DNA from: a virus
Taxonomy: Duplodnaviria > Caudoviricetes
Length of the DNA stretch: 64,000 nucleotides
Direction: 5' to 3' (one strand)
Virus record (IMG/VR): IMGVR_UViG_3300002839_000006
Location: 1-64,000 of that record
Shown piece after piece: positions 9,621-18,630 of this stretch. The translations under genes and the position numbers were made by a program. Position 1 is the first letter of the stretch, and each line of letters starts with the position of its first letter. The notes below the pieces were generated by a model. It was not told where the DNA came from and did not search any database. It saw nothing but the letters and a program-made list of their open reading frames with translations.

Positions 9621-12147
9621 TCATTTCAGATATTAAGTTCTTTATAATTTCATATGTCTTAGGGAATTCTTCTTTAAGATCTTTCAAATCTCTATTATCT
9701 TCTGTATCACCTTCATCACCCAATGCCATAACGAATGCAGCAAAGGATTCACACCAATTCTCTTCTTCATCCATTTCTGCCTGATGAGATACTCTTTCTT
9801 TCGTATACCATAGATCAACCAAATTCTCAGCGGTTATTTTATCATCTCTATAGAGCTTATGTCCATATTCATGCAATATAACTTTTGTATATTGCTCTTG
9901 ACCATACCAATCTGTTGCAATTTCATCGTATAGTTGCTTATTTATACTTATTTCATTGTAGTCTTCATTAAACGCTCCGACCCAATATCCATTAGATTCT
10001 CTTTCGTATTTACTCTGATCAACCAACTGTAGTCTTGCTTTAGACAAATGACTAACGATATTTTCAGGTAGATTATTAGACAAAGCTCCAATCACCTTTA
10101 CAGAACATTGGTGACTTAACATTTCATTAGGATAATTCCTATAGAAGTTGTTGAATACGATTTTATCCTTTTTATCATAATCAATAACATAATTCTGTTT
10201 TAAATCATCTAAGAAATCTTCTTTCCGCTCAACAGCTTGGTCATTTTGATTCTCATAGTAAGTGTACACCCACTTCCCATTCTTCATCTCCTTTTTGAGA
10301 TATTTGTGATTTAATGCTTTTACTATCTCATTTACTTTCTCAGTAGGAATGATACCGAGTTGAATGGCTTTTTTGATGTGTTCTGACACTTTAAACTTCT
10401 CATGCCAGTATCTATCATTTCTTTCTTTATATTCGTTAACATTCCAATCAATATTGAAATATTTGTTGACTACTTCTTCAATATCATCTAATGCAGTCTT
10501 ACCAAATGACTTCTTTATAAATCCTGTTATAATATTTTTAAGTTCAGAGAATATACTTTTCTTCTCAGTAGGAGTTTCACTATCTGAAGGTATTGTCTGT
10601 AAAAATTCTGCAAATTCTTTATTAGTAAATGCATATGTAATTAACTCTTCAAGATCATCTGCTTTTATCTTTCCAGATTCATCATTATAAAAATCTGGTA
10701 TTTTATGCTGTATTGAAACATCAAATATATATGAAATTATGTGTTTTACGCTGTCTGATGCAGAATCAAAATTAGCAAGTATCTTTCTTGCTATAGGAAA
10801 CAATTCACTGTGTAGATTATATGAATTTACCCCAATACCTTTGGAAATAATGCCATGGAGAGTCTCATGGTTAATAGTCTCAGTAAAACTAGACCTATCT
10901 TCATAAAGTTTTGTTATGTATGGGTCAAAATTCATTTGATTATACTGCCAACATGCAGCAGCTCCATACCTAACAGACCCCTTTTCTACATTTACATGTA
11001 CCCCAACACTTGAAGCAAGTTCATATAGATTCTTATATCTCTCAATATCTTCTTTTGGTAATACTTTTGCTACAAACTCAGATATGTTAGCTTGATTGTT
11101 ATTCTTTCTTTCTGAAAACTGATTTAACTTCTCAACTATAGTTTCTTTAAAGTCTTCTACTTTCTCTTTCTTATTCTTCTTCTCTTCATAAATATACCCC
11201 CACTTACTATCTTTGAACTCTTTTCTAATGTATTTATGATTCAGAGCTTTTTGTAATACATCTTCTCCACATATACCTAATCTTACTGCCTTCTGTATTA
11301 TCTTTACTTGTGGATCAAAATCCCAACCCATCATCTGAACGACATTGTCACGCATATTGAAAATCATGGGGTAGTTACTTAGTTCTTCCCGTGGCACCCA
11401 TAAATAGTCTCTTGTCTCAGCTTCATCCAATAATATCTCTATATTGTCAATTGATTGAATGTTCAGTACATAGTAATAAATACATGCATTCTCATCTTCA
11501 AATATACCTAGATGTTTCCAATAGATGCCATTCAACTTATCATCTTGTAGGAGCATGTCGGCGTCTATCCCTGTTTCTTCTCTCAGTTCTCTCTTAGCTG
11601 CATCTTCAAACTCTTCACCTTCGTCCACATGTCCACCTGGTATCACCCAAGCTCCTTTGTGGTTGTCTTCCCACTGACTTCTTTTTGTTAATAGGATTTC
11701 ATTCTTATTGTTGATGACTATTACATCTGAATATTTAGTCTGCCCTTTCTCTGTTTGCTGAGCAGCAGCCTTGTTATAATCTTCCAATGTTAACTTACCT
11801 GATCTGTATAGTGATTTAATGATTCTAACTGCCTTAGACCGATTATCTTTATTTAGGTGATGGATTATATCACTATTGCTCTTTAATATGTCTAACTCCT
11901 TTAGAAACGTTTTCTCTTGTAGTTTAATCTTGGCCAGTTCTCTTGTGAACTTCTTATTGTCAAAGTGAACATCTTCTTTACAATTGAATTCTTCTGATGA
12001 CAGTGCCTTACTTATATCTTGATACTGGTCAATCAGTAAGTCTTTTACAGAATCAATCTTTTTTAGTTCAAACTCAATAACTGCTATACGAGAAAGTTTC
12101 TCATCAGTTGTCTTAAAATAGTTTGATATGTTCTGTAGTAATCCCAT
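9610..12147 (-). CDS. Multidomain protein: Nudix hydrolase plus two zincin (HExxH) metallopeptidase-like domains
   Basis: Nudix box GGHVDEGEEFEDAAKRELREETGI; INHETLH..EELITYAFTN and ILHEYGH..ENWCESF; duplicated KALNHKY linker. Confidence 0.8.
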   Translation of the reverse strand: MGLLQNISNYFKTTDEKLSRIAVIEFELKKIDSVKDLLIDQYQDISKALSSEEFNCKEDVHFDNKKFTRELAKIKLQEKTFLKELDILKSNSDIIHHLNKDNRSKAVRIIKSLYRSGKLTLEDYNKAAAQQTEKGQTKYSDVIVINNKNEILLTKRSQWEDNHKGAWVIPGGHVDEGEEFEDAAKRELREETGIDADMLLQDDKLNGIYWKHLGIFEDENACIYYYVLNIQSIDNIEILLDEAETRDYLWVPREELSNYPMIFNMRDNVVQMMGWDFDPQVKIIQKAVRLGICGEDVLQKALNHKYIRKEFKDSKWGYIYEEKKNKKEKVEDFKETIVEKLNQFSERKNNNQANISEFVAKVLPKEDIERYKNLYELASSVGVHVNVEKGSVRYGAAACWQYNQMNFDPYITKLYEDRSSFTETINHETLHGIISKGIGVNSYNLHSELFPIARKILANFDSASDSVKHIISYIFDVSIQHKIPDFYNDESGKIKADDLEELITYAFTNKEFAEFLQTIPSDSETPTEKKSIFSELKNIITGFIKKSFGKTALDDIEEVVNKYFNIDWNVNEYKERNDRYWHEKFKVSEHIKKAIQLGIIPTEKVNEIVKALNHKYLKKEMKNGKWVYTYYENQNDQAVERKEDFLDDLKQNYVIDYDKKDKIVFNNFYRNYPNEMLSHQCSVKVIGALSNNLPENIVSHLSKARLQLVDQSKYERESNGYWVGAFNEDYNEISINKQLYDEIATDWYGQEQYTKVILHEYGHKLYRDDKITAENLVDLWYTKERVSHQAEMDEEENWCESFAAFVMALGDEGDTEDNRDLKDLKEEFPKTYEIIKNLISEMNEN

Positions 12148-12154
12148 TATTTTA

Positions 12155-12170
12155 TAAAATTAAATATAAA
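12155..12170 (-). promoter_or_regulatory. Recurrent promoter-like motif, 7 nt before the ATG of the Nudix-zincin gene
   Basis: TTTATATTTAATTTTA on the coding strand. Confidence 0.6.
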
Positions 12171-12186
12171 TCTGATACAAACTTAA

Positions 12187-12942
12187 CTATACCAAAAATT
12201 CTTTATCTTTAAACTTACAATTTTCAAAGTGAAAACGATGCATGGCATTAATTCCTCCAATCTTACCACAATGAGGACACATAACCTTTTCCCTGGGTTT
12301 TCTCATTTTAGTTAATTGTTCTTCATTAAAACCAACTATTTCATACCACAATTTTATCTTTTCTTTAGATTCGTCTTTGTGAGTTTTATCTTTCATAGGG
12401 CTTATTCTACCTTTTTGACCCTCTGAGTTCTTTCTTCTCCACTCTTCACTTTGGCCACCGTTTATTTCATAATACCTTTTATGACTATCCCTCATATTCT
12501 GCAAAGATTCTTCTGAATAAATTCCTGTTTTACCTTTATTCCAAGCTATTCTTCCTTTCCCTCCTTTTGATACATTGTCTTTATGTTCCTGAGTTAATTT
12601 CTTACCTGTTAATGCTAAAGATATTTTTCTTAACCACTCTTCTGTAAAAACAGGAATATAGCCTTTATTTCCTTGACCACCTGCAGTAATATTATAAAAA
12701 GTTTCTAAATTAACCGCATCAAATTCTTTTATGATAGCTTCTTCTCTAGAATATGCTTCCAAATGAGTATCACAATATTCTAATATCTCCCTTTTAAAAT
12801 TTTTACGACCATACTTTTTAATTGCTTTCTCTAATACTAAACCCGACCCTAAATAGCCATCATTCAAATTTTTAGTAGTATGCTTACCTATATAAGCCTT
12901 ATCATTAACAAGATTAGTAGTAATATAAACAAAATGTATCAT
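12187..12942 (-). mobile_element. Free-standing GIY-YIG homing endonuclease with NUMOD3-like repeats and C-terminal Zn finger
   Basis: FVYITTNLVNDKAYIGKH; H..E.K..IS repeats; CPHCG...HFENCK. Confidence 0.85.
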
Positions 12943-13853
12943 ACTTCAAAAGTTTTATCCCCAACCGTTATTTTTATTTTAGACGTTCTAATTACTTTTC
13001 TCTCCCTATCTAAACTATATTCAAATCTATTTGTATCTTTATTCCACTTTTGACCAGCAAAAATAGGTTGTATATCACACCTACAATAAGGGTGATTTGT
13101 TCCTAAAACCGCTTTCCAATCGTCTACTTTCCTCCCTATATTTGTTCCATTCTGAATTAATGTAGACAACTTAAAAATAATAGGTTCACTCCCTACCCCT
13201 TGAGTTAAATGTAATTTAAGACAATGGCGACAGGCTGAATCAAAAGTATGTTTCCAACACAATGCTTCATCTCCATACTTCCTTATTATTTCAGATGCCC
13301 TACCCTGTTCATATATGTTCTGCATCTCAGTCACAACTATTCTCTTCCAGTCTCTATCCCACTCACCAGTTCTATGACCTAAATCACTTACTACTGAAGC
13401 TATGCTTTTCCTGTTCTTAATGCCTTCTGAGATTGTTTCTGATATGATATTCTTCTTATTCTCCTCAAGCATTATATCTCTGGTAGCACCAACTACTTTG
13501 TTTGCAAGTCCCTTCAGATGATTATAGGTGATTTCCCTGCTTATCTTATACTCTGCTCTTTCTCTTTCTGATAGTGGTATAAATTGTCCCCTATCCAAAT
13601 ATTTCTCAAAATCTTCATTGGTTAACTCTTTTGTCTGTTTCTCTTCTAATACCGCAGTTAACCTCCCGAGCAGAAAGTTCCTCATAAATGGTGGATATTG
13701 TTCTTCTAACTTCTCAATATCTATACCATAGTTTGTCAGAAACAGTTTATCTTCATCAGATAACACTTCTGTCCCCAGTGATGTGAATATCATAAAAGAA
13801 TAGTGATGTTGGATTATATCTACTATTCTCTGTATATCTGTTGTACTGAACAT
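12939..13853 (-). CDS. MuF/SPP1-gp7-like minor head (morphogenesis) protein
   Basis: DWKRIVVTEM, ACRHCLKLH and HPYCRC motifs. Confidence 0.8.
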   Translation of the reverse strand: MFSTTDIQRIVDIIQHHYSFMIFTSLGTEVLSDEDKLFLTNYGIDIEKLEEQYPPFMRNFLLGRLTAVLEEKQTKELTNEDFEKYLDRGQFIPLSERERAEYKISREITYNHLKGLANKVVGATRDIMLEENKKNIISETISEGIKNRKSIASVVSDLGHRTGEWDRDWKRIVVTEMQNIYEQGRASEIIRKYGDEALCWKHTFDSACRHCLKLHLTQGVGSEPIIFKLSTLIQNGTNIGRKVDDWKAVLGTNHPYCRCDIQPIFAGQKWNKDTNRFEYSLDRERKVIRTSKIKITVGDKTFEV

Positions 13854-14002
13854 TACTTACTCTTTAGTTTTACAAGTTCTCTTGTTATGTCTACCATCAT
13901 CTCTTTCATTTTATTCTCATGCATTTTGATTAGCCTATTTTCAATAGGTGCTTGAAGTGATGGGAAACGAATTGGGTCCTGATGTAAGTGTTCTTTACTC
14001 AT
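13853..14002 (-). CDS. Small hypothetical protein (49 aa)
   Basis: Manual ORF MSKEHLHQDPIRFPSLQAP...KLKSK*, with TAATG overlap onto the MuF start. Confidence 0.55.
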   Translation of the reverse strand: MSKEHLHQDPIRFPSLQAPIENRLIKMHENKMKEMMVDITRELVKLKSK

Positions 14003-14015
14003 TGTTTTTTATTTC

Positions 14016-14091
14016 TGGAGCGAGAGGTAGATTCGAACTACCGATCTTAAGATTATGAGTCTCATGTGTTAACCAACTGCACCATCTCGCA
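14016..14091 (-). tRNA. tRNA with CAU anticodon (Met or Ile2)
   Basis: Cloverleaf with TGAGA-CTCATAA-TCTTA anticodon arm, GGTAG-TTCGAAT-CTACC T arm and ..TCCA end. Confidence 0.88.
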
Positions 14092-14098
14092 CTATGTT

Positions 14099-14542
14099 TT
14101 ATTTCATAAAATTGTCTGCTTCTGCTTTTCTTCTTCTTATCAGTCCATTACTCTTTTTGCCTTTTGCAGTGATATAATGATTACACCACCAATTGTATAT
14201 TACTGATGGCTGTACCTTAGCATTAATATATGACATGATAGTTCTGCTTCCACCACAGTTATACCATAGTGACACCATAGAATCGAACTGGTTCTGTTTT
14301 ATGTCTACAGTTAACTTTCTGTTAATATCATCATCAAACTTGTCAATGTCATGCATGAAATAAACTTCTGCCTGTTCTGTTGTACAAGTGTCTCCCATCT
14401 GGACGCTATTTCCATTTGGATAATATGTTGTTCCCCATCCAATAGTTGGCTTGCCACCTTCATCATGATAGGCTATCAATCTTAGTTGTTCAAACCCTTT
14501 TATAAATCTCTCCCCTGCTAGTGATAATGAATAGTGTCTCAT
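14099..14542 (-). CDS. Endolysin, GH24 (phage lysozyme) family
   Basis: FEQLRLIAYHDEGGKPTIGWG (E-x8-D-x5-T), QNQFDSMVSLWYNCG and GLIRRRKAE motifs. Confidence 0.9.
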   Translation of the reverse strand: MRHYSLSLAGERFIKGFEQLRLIAYHDEGGKPTIGWGTTYYPNGNSVQMGDTCTTEQAEVYFMHDIDKFDDDINRKLTVDIKQNQFDSMVSLWYNCGGSRTIMSYINAKVQPSVIYNWWCNHYITAKGKKSNGLIRRRKAEADNFMK

Positions 14543-14545
14543 CTA

Positions 14546-15151
14546 TTACCAAATTTTAAATTGTACTGCGAACTTGAATATAGGGTGCTTGCTTAATGCA
14601 GGTATATATTCAATCTCTGGTGTGTATAACACATTCTTTTTTGTTTTGAATGTTATTCTACCATTAAGAGAAAACAAGTCTATATTCGCACCCAAACCAC
14701 CTCCAATGAATAACATACTCTTTAGTGGTTGTTGTGGATTGTTATTAATCGTTTGCACTGCCATTTTCCATACATACTTTCCAACACTTGAAATAATTTG
14801 ATTCTGAGTGATGCTGTCACGCAGTTCTAAGTATATCGTATCATTATCTAAGATGATTCTATTTATACCTGTTTTCTTAAAGAATGCCCTAATTATCTTT
14901 ATAGAATCAGTATGTGACATTACTGTATCATGTACCCATATTTTCTTTGTAATAGTATCACTTTTTATTATTTTTTTATAAATAGTGTCTTTTACTTTAA
15001 ATCTAATTGTATCGGTGTTTGTAATTTTTATTGTATCTGATTTCACTACTGGTGGTGCAGGGGTGAATATCTTGTTTAATCCCCAAAATGAAAATGCTCC
15101 CAATAAAAATATAAGAGCAACTCCAATCCATGTCCACGTTTTATTTGTCAT
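14546..15151 (-). CDS. Putative spanin-like membrane-anchored protein
   Basis: Single N-terminal TM helix, DT-rich repeats, beta-rich C-terminus; lies between holin and endolysin. Confidence 0.5.
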   Translation of the reverse strand: MTNKTWTWIGVALIFLLGAFSFWGLNKIFTPAPPVVKSDTIKITNTDTIRFKVKDTIYKKIIKSDTITKKIWVHDTVMSHTDSIKIIRAFFKKTGINRIILDNDTIYLELRDSITQNQIISSVGKYVWKMAVQTINNNPQQPLKSMLFIGGGLGANIDLFSLNGRITFKTKKNVLYTPEIEYIPALSKHPIFKFAVQFKIW

Positions 15152-15152
15152 G

Positions 15153-15650
15153 TTATTTTATTTTAAGAAAAATATCATCCACTTTACTTTTAATAGAATC
15201 CCAAATAGACCTGAATATACTTGTTCCAGTGATTCGACTTATATTCTCGTAAATTGATTTTAGTTCTGTTGCTCCTATAAATAGTGCTACTATACGAGGA
15301 CATTCAACACCCTCAGCTATTATCTTTTGAAGTATATATGCTGCTATTATTGCCAATGAATAGAAAAAGAATTTCTCAATAGTCCTTCGCATCTTCTTAG
15401 CAGTAAAATGTTCTCCATCTCTATATGAAGCATAACCACCAGTAATGAAATCAAGTATTATAAGTCCAAATACTAGATACACATACTCTTTAATAGGTGC
15501 TAAGAATAAAAATACGAATGCTACGAGGGTGCTAAGTAATTCCTTGATGATATCTATCCAAGGTGTGAGTCTATATGGCATTGGGTTGGTCATGTTTATA
15601 CTCATTGCTGTCCAAAATAATTGGAGACTCCATATTTCAGAAGTCTCCAA
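15153..15650 (-). CDS. Phage holin (family-4/toxin-secretion-lysis type)
   Basis: LIILDFITG...KMRRTIEKFFFY and ELKSIYENI motifs; several TM segments; true start probably internal. Confidence 0.75.
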   Translation of the reverse strand: METSEIWSLQLFWTAMSINMTNPMPYRLTPWIDIIKELLSTLVAFVFLFLAPIKEYVYLVFGLIILDFITGGYASYRDGEHFTAKKMRRTIEKFFFYSLAIIAAYILQKIIAEGVECPRIVALFIGATELKSIYENISRITGTSIFRSIWDSIKSKVDDIFLKIK

Positions 15651-15663
15651 GATATTTAATTAC

Positions 15664-16029
15664 TTAGGCTTTCGGAGGTTTTACAGCAAACTGTTTGCTG
15701 ATATATACTACAAGTATTGCACCTAATCCATATAGAAGTGTTTTTATATCAACAAATGTACCTGTTAAAGTTGCTGCTGCTACAGTGGCAAAACTATTAC
15801 CTATCATAATAACTGCACCCTTGATAATATCCTTCCAGTTAATAGCTCCTGCTACAGATGTTGTGACTAACCACATACTCTGACCTACATATACTAAAAC
15901 TGTACCGAGTGTAGTAATCCCTAGTACTTCCCACCCTACTGTTGTGATAGGAAATCCTGATGCTTGTATAGTTGCTAATACAAACATAAATACTGTTGCT
16001 AATAATCCTTTTAAAATTGTTGTGTTCAT
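15664..16029 (-). CDS. Multi-TM membrane protein (holin/antiholin candidate)
   Basis: About four hydrophobic segments as an internal duplication; first gene of the lysis cassette. Confidence 0.5.
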   Translation of the reverse strand: MNTTILKGLLATVFMFVLATIQASGFPITTVGWEVLGITTLGTVLVYVGQSMWLVTTSVAGAINWKDIIKGAVIMIGNSFATVAAATLTGTFVDIKTLLYGLGAILVVYISKQFAVKPPKA

Positions 16030-16057
16030 AATTGTCTATTTTTAAGTTTTTACTTTA

Positions 16058-16072
16058 TAAAATTAATAAAAA
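16058..16072 (-). promoter_or_regulatory. Recurrent promoter-like motif upstream of lysis cassette
   Basis: TTTTTATTAATTTTA. Confidence 0.55.
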
Positions 16073-16199
16073 TTCTTATTGTTTTAAAATTTTATTATAT
16101 AAACTGTCATTTCAATTAATAGTATCTGCTTTTATTTTATTTATAATTCTTTTAAATAAGGTTAACTAATTAATAATCAACTAGTATTGTTTATAACAA

Positions 16200-16261
16200 T
16201 TATAAATTAAGATTTATTTTAATAGAAACATAAGAACTATAGTTTTTTTATATTAATTTTA
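16200..16261 (+). promoter_or_regulatory. Bipartite promoter-like motif on the plus strand
   Basis: TTATAAATTAAG (16200-16211) and TATATTAATTTTA (core 16254-16261). The only plus-strand copy noticed, and it precedes the only convincing plus-strand gene. Confidence 0.7.
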
Positions 16262-16290
16262 CGGTCTAAAAACCAAAATAAACCAAAACC

Positions 16291-16689
16291 ATGAAAAAGA
16301 TCATTTTAATCACAGCACTGGTATTAGTCGCAATGAGTTTGTCGGCACAAGTAATTAATTATACAGAGTTGGCCAAATTCAACATCAACAAAGACAATGG
16401 ATTTACGTCTTATGTTTCCAGTAACAATACTACATTCAGGGTTAATGACAGATTAACACTAAAAGACCAAACAAGTAGTAGGCTTAAATATATCTACCTG
16501 TATGAAGAATATTCCATTAGCGATGTTGTAATGTCAATGTCAACAAAATACCTTACAATCAATAGAATTACTGTTATTCACACTCCCTCCAATAGATTTG
16601 CCGTATTGTTTAATTGCAGCGACCCACAGGGGTTAAGTACTTATGTCATTAGCGTAGAGCAAGCCATCCTAGCCAAAGAGATCATATAG
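16291..16689 (+). CDS. Secreted hypothetical protein (Sec signal peptide, Gln at +1)
   Basis: MKKIILITALVLVAMSLSA|Q; own promoter motif. Confidence 0.75.
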   Translation: MKKIILITALVLVAMSLSAQVINYTELAKFNINKDNGFTSYVSSNNTTFRVNDRLTLKDQTSSRLKYIYLYEEYSISDVVMSMSTKYLTINRITVIHTPSNRFAVLFNCSDPQGLSTYVISVEQAILAKEII

Positions 16690-16695
16690 ATAGGG

Positions 16696-17970
16696 TTATA
16701 TATCGATCATATTATTAATTATTATCTTTACGTTCCCCTTACTACAATCGTATTTCTCTCTGATCCATATATCGTATGGATCAGAGGTTATGTCGTGGAT
16801 ATTTGTAGTTGTTCCCTTTTCTAATTCAAAAGACAAAAAATTCTGAAATAAACTCAATATTGTTCCTGCTAATCCTCCTGTTGCGCTAACTATTACTCTT
16901 GCAATACTTAATAGTGGTTTATTGCTATCATCTTTATAGTTGATATTAACACCCGTAATACCCTTATTTGAGGGAGGCATATGTATTTTGATGATAATTG
17001 AATCACCGTCATGTATTGACATTGTATGTGTTTCTTTCGTATCCATATAATATCCATTTTCTATCACATACGCCAAATACACGTCTGCATCCCCATAGTC
17101 TTGCGCTGGACTAGGATTATATGATACCGTCAAAGAATTTGTGCAACCCGACCCACCTGAAGGAATAGCAGTACAGCTACCATTAGCATTCGCATAAGCC
17201 TGTGAGTTATAATATACATCTAAATACGCCTGATTGTCCGCATCAGCCTGACTGAGGAATGATCCATACTTACCTGCGGATATGGAATATGTGACTATAG
17301 TTCCAGCATAGCCAGAAGAACAATCACTTTTTATTCTATCAAATGAGTAGGCACTGCTAGTATAATACGCTCCCGATCCCTCTATTATTCCCTGAACCAC
17401 AACCGCATCATTGGTAGAATGCCATGTAAACGAATATGTTATTGTCTGACTATATCCAGATACTGAACTGTTATAGGTAAGTCCATTATTCCCAAATACA
17501 TAAATTGTCGCACCGTTCCCATTACTTCCGCTATTTGCTGAACGTACCGTTACTATAATATTGTCTCCATCATTAACAGTAAAAGAACCAGAGGAATAGG
17601 TTGTGGCGGTAAGCATTAACGTATAATTTTTTTGAATTGTCATATACGCATCTGTAATCCAGCTATCTTCTGTAAATGACCAACTTAAGGTATTAAATGG
17701 TGTATGTCCGCTTGCCACTAAATCTATTTTAGGAATCCATTGGTTGTCGGTAAATGCACTTAAATATGAAGTATTTAAATCCAAATAATACAAAGCAGCC
17801 TGTTTTGTCATCCAATTAATTCCGCTGGGCATTGGAACTTTTTGATATAACCCACTGCCCTGAGCATCTGCAAAACTCACCCACTGGTCAGAAGTCAAAT
17901 TACTCCATCCAATCTGAGCCTGACCAAACGAGCATAAAAACAGTAGGGTTATTAATAGTAACTTTCTCAT
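16696..17970 (-). CDS. Secreted beta-rich protein with DUF5977-like repeat
   Basis: Signal peptide ..GQA|Q; CSSGYAGTIVTYSISAGKYGSFLSQADADNQA...YANANGSC. Confidence 0.65.
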   Translation of the reverse strand: MRKLLLITLLFLCSFGQAQIGWSNLTSDQWVSFADAQGSGLYQKVPMPSGINWMTKQAALYYLDLNTSYLSAFTDNQWIPKIDLVASGHTPFNTLSWSFTEDSWITDAYMTIQKNYTLMLTATTYSSGSFTVNDGDNIIVTVRSANSGSNGNGATIYVFGNNGLTYNSSVSGYSQTITYSFTWHSTNDAVVVQGIIEGSGAYYTSSAYSFDRIKSDCSSGYAGTIVTYSISAGKYGSFLSQADADNQAYLDVYYNSQAYANANGSCTAIPSGGSGCTNSLTVSYNPSPAQDYGDADVYLAYVIENGYYMDTKETHTMSIHDGDSIIIKIHMPPSNKGITGVNINYKDDSNKPLLSIARVIVSATGGLAGTILSLFQNFLSFELEKGTTTNIHDITSDPYDIWIREKYDCSKGNVKIIINNMIDI

Positions 17971-17972
17971 AG

Positions 17973-18626
17973 TTAAAAGAATAAAAATCTGTGATGTTTC
18001 TTAATTCCGTTTAGTTTTTCCAAATATTCAACCCTCGCTGTAAGTTCCTGAATAGCTTTAATCTCTAATCCGTGTAAGGAATAAAGATTTATAGCATCTT
18101 TTTTTTCACCCATTAAAATATACCTAGAAACACTTGCTGGAATTTCATCAATGATAAATCCTAATGTTTCATTGATAGTTGGTTTAGTCTTGTAGTTAAA
18201 ATCCCTTAGTTGAAATTTACTTAACTCAAATGTTGCCGAACCTGTCCAGTCTTTATGAACATTTTTTAAACTTCTGAGTGAGTTAAAACCACCCCCTGCT
18301 GCTGTAATTGAACCACCTAAAACTCCGTTTCCTGTTATGTTAAAATTAGCAGGTTGGGCAGAGGTTCCATTGTTTATGAATTTATTGATACCACCTATTA
18401 AGATTACATCGGAATTTAATGTACAGGTGTTTAGGGTTTTGGTTGAAGCTAGTCCTAGAAATGCAGAATACACATTACCGTTATTGGCATTGGTTATAAT
18501 CTTTCCTCTTGGAATTGTCTCTCCGAAAGTAGTCACACTGTCAGCAACCCTTACATTACCCGAAGGCGTGACTTGTGCAAATGAAATTGTGCTAATAAAT
18601 AGCAATAATATTAAAATCTTTTTCAT
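17973..18626 (-). CDS. Fibre-like protein with signal peptide and C-terminal peptidase S74-like intramolecular chaperone
   Basis: ..SFA|Q; SLKNV...FNYK...LGFIIDEI...INLYSLHGLEIKAIQELTARVEYLE. Confidence 0.7.
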   Translation of the reverse strand: MKKILILLLFISTISFAQVTPSGNVRVADSVTTFGETIPRGKIITNANNGNVYSAFLGLASTKTLNTCTLNSDVILIGGINKFINNGTSAQPANFNITGNGVLGGSITAAGGGFNSLRSLKNVHKDWTGSATFELSKFQLRDFNYKTKPTINETLGFIIDEIPASVSRYILMGEKKDAINLYSLHGLEIKAIQELTARVEYLEKLNGIKKHHRFLFF

Positions 18627-18630
18627 GTTA

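Noticed and set aside
12187-12942. Group I intron around the homing endonuclease
   Set aside because: The ORF overlaps the MuF stop, and only 40 nt containing a promoter motif separate it from the next gene, leaving no room for an intron core. Both neighbours look complete.
12939-13853. MuF-fused polymorphic toxin
   Set aside because: The MuF-like protein ends soon after HPYCRC with no toxin extension, and no immunity-like gene is evident. The enzymatic payload is a separate gene.
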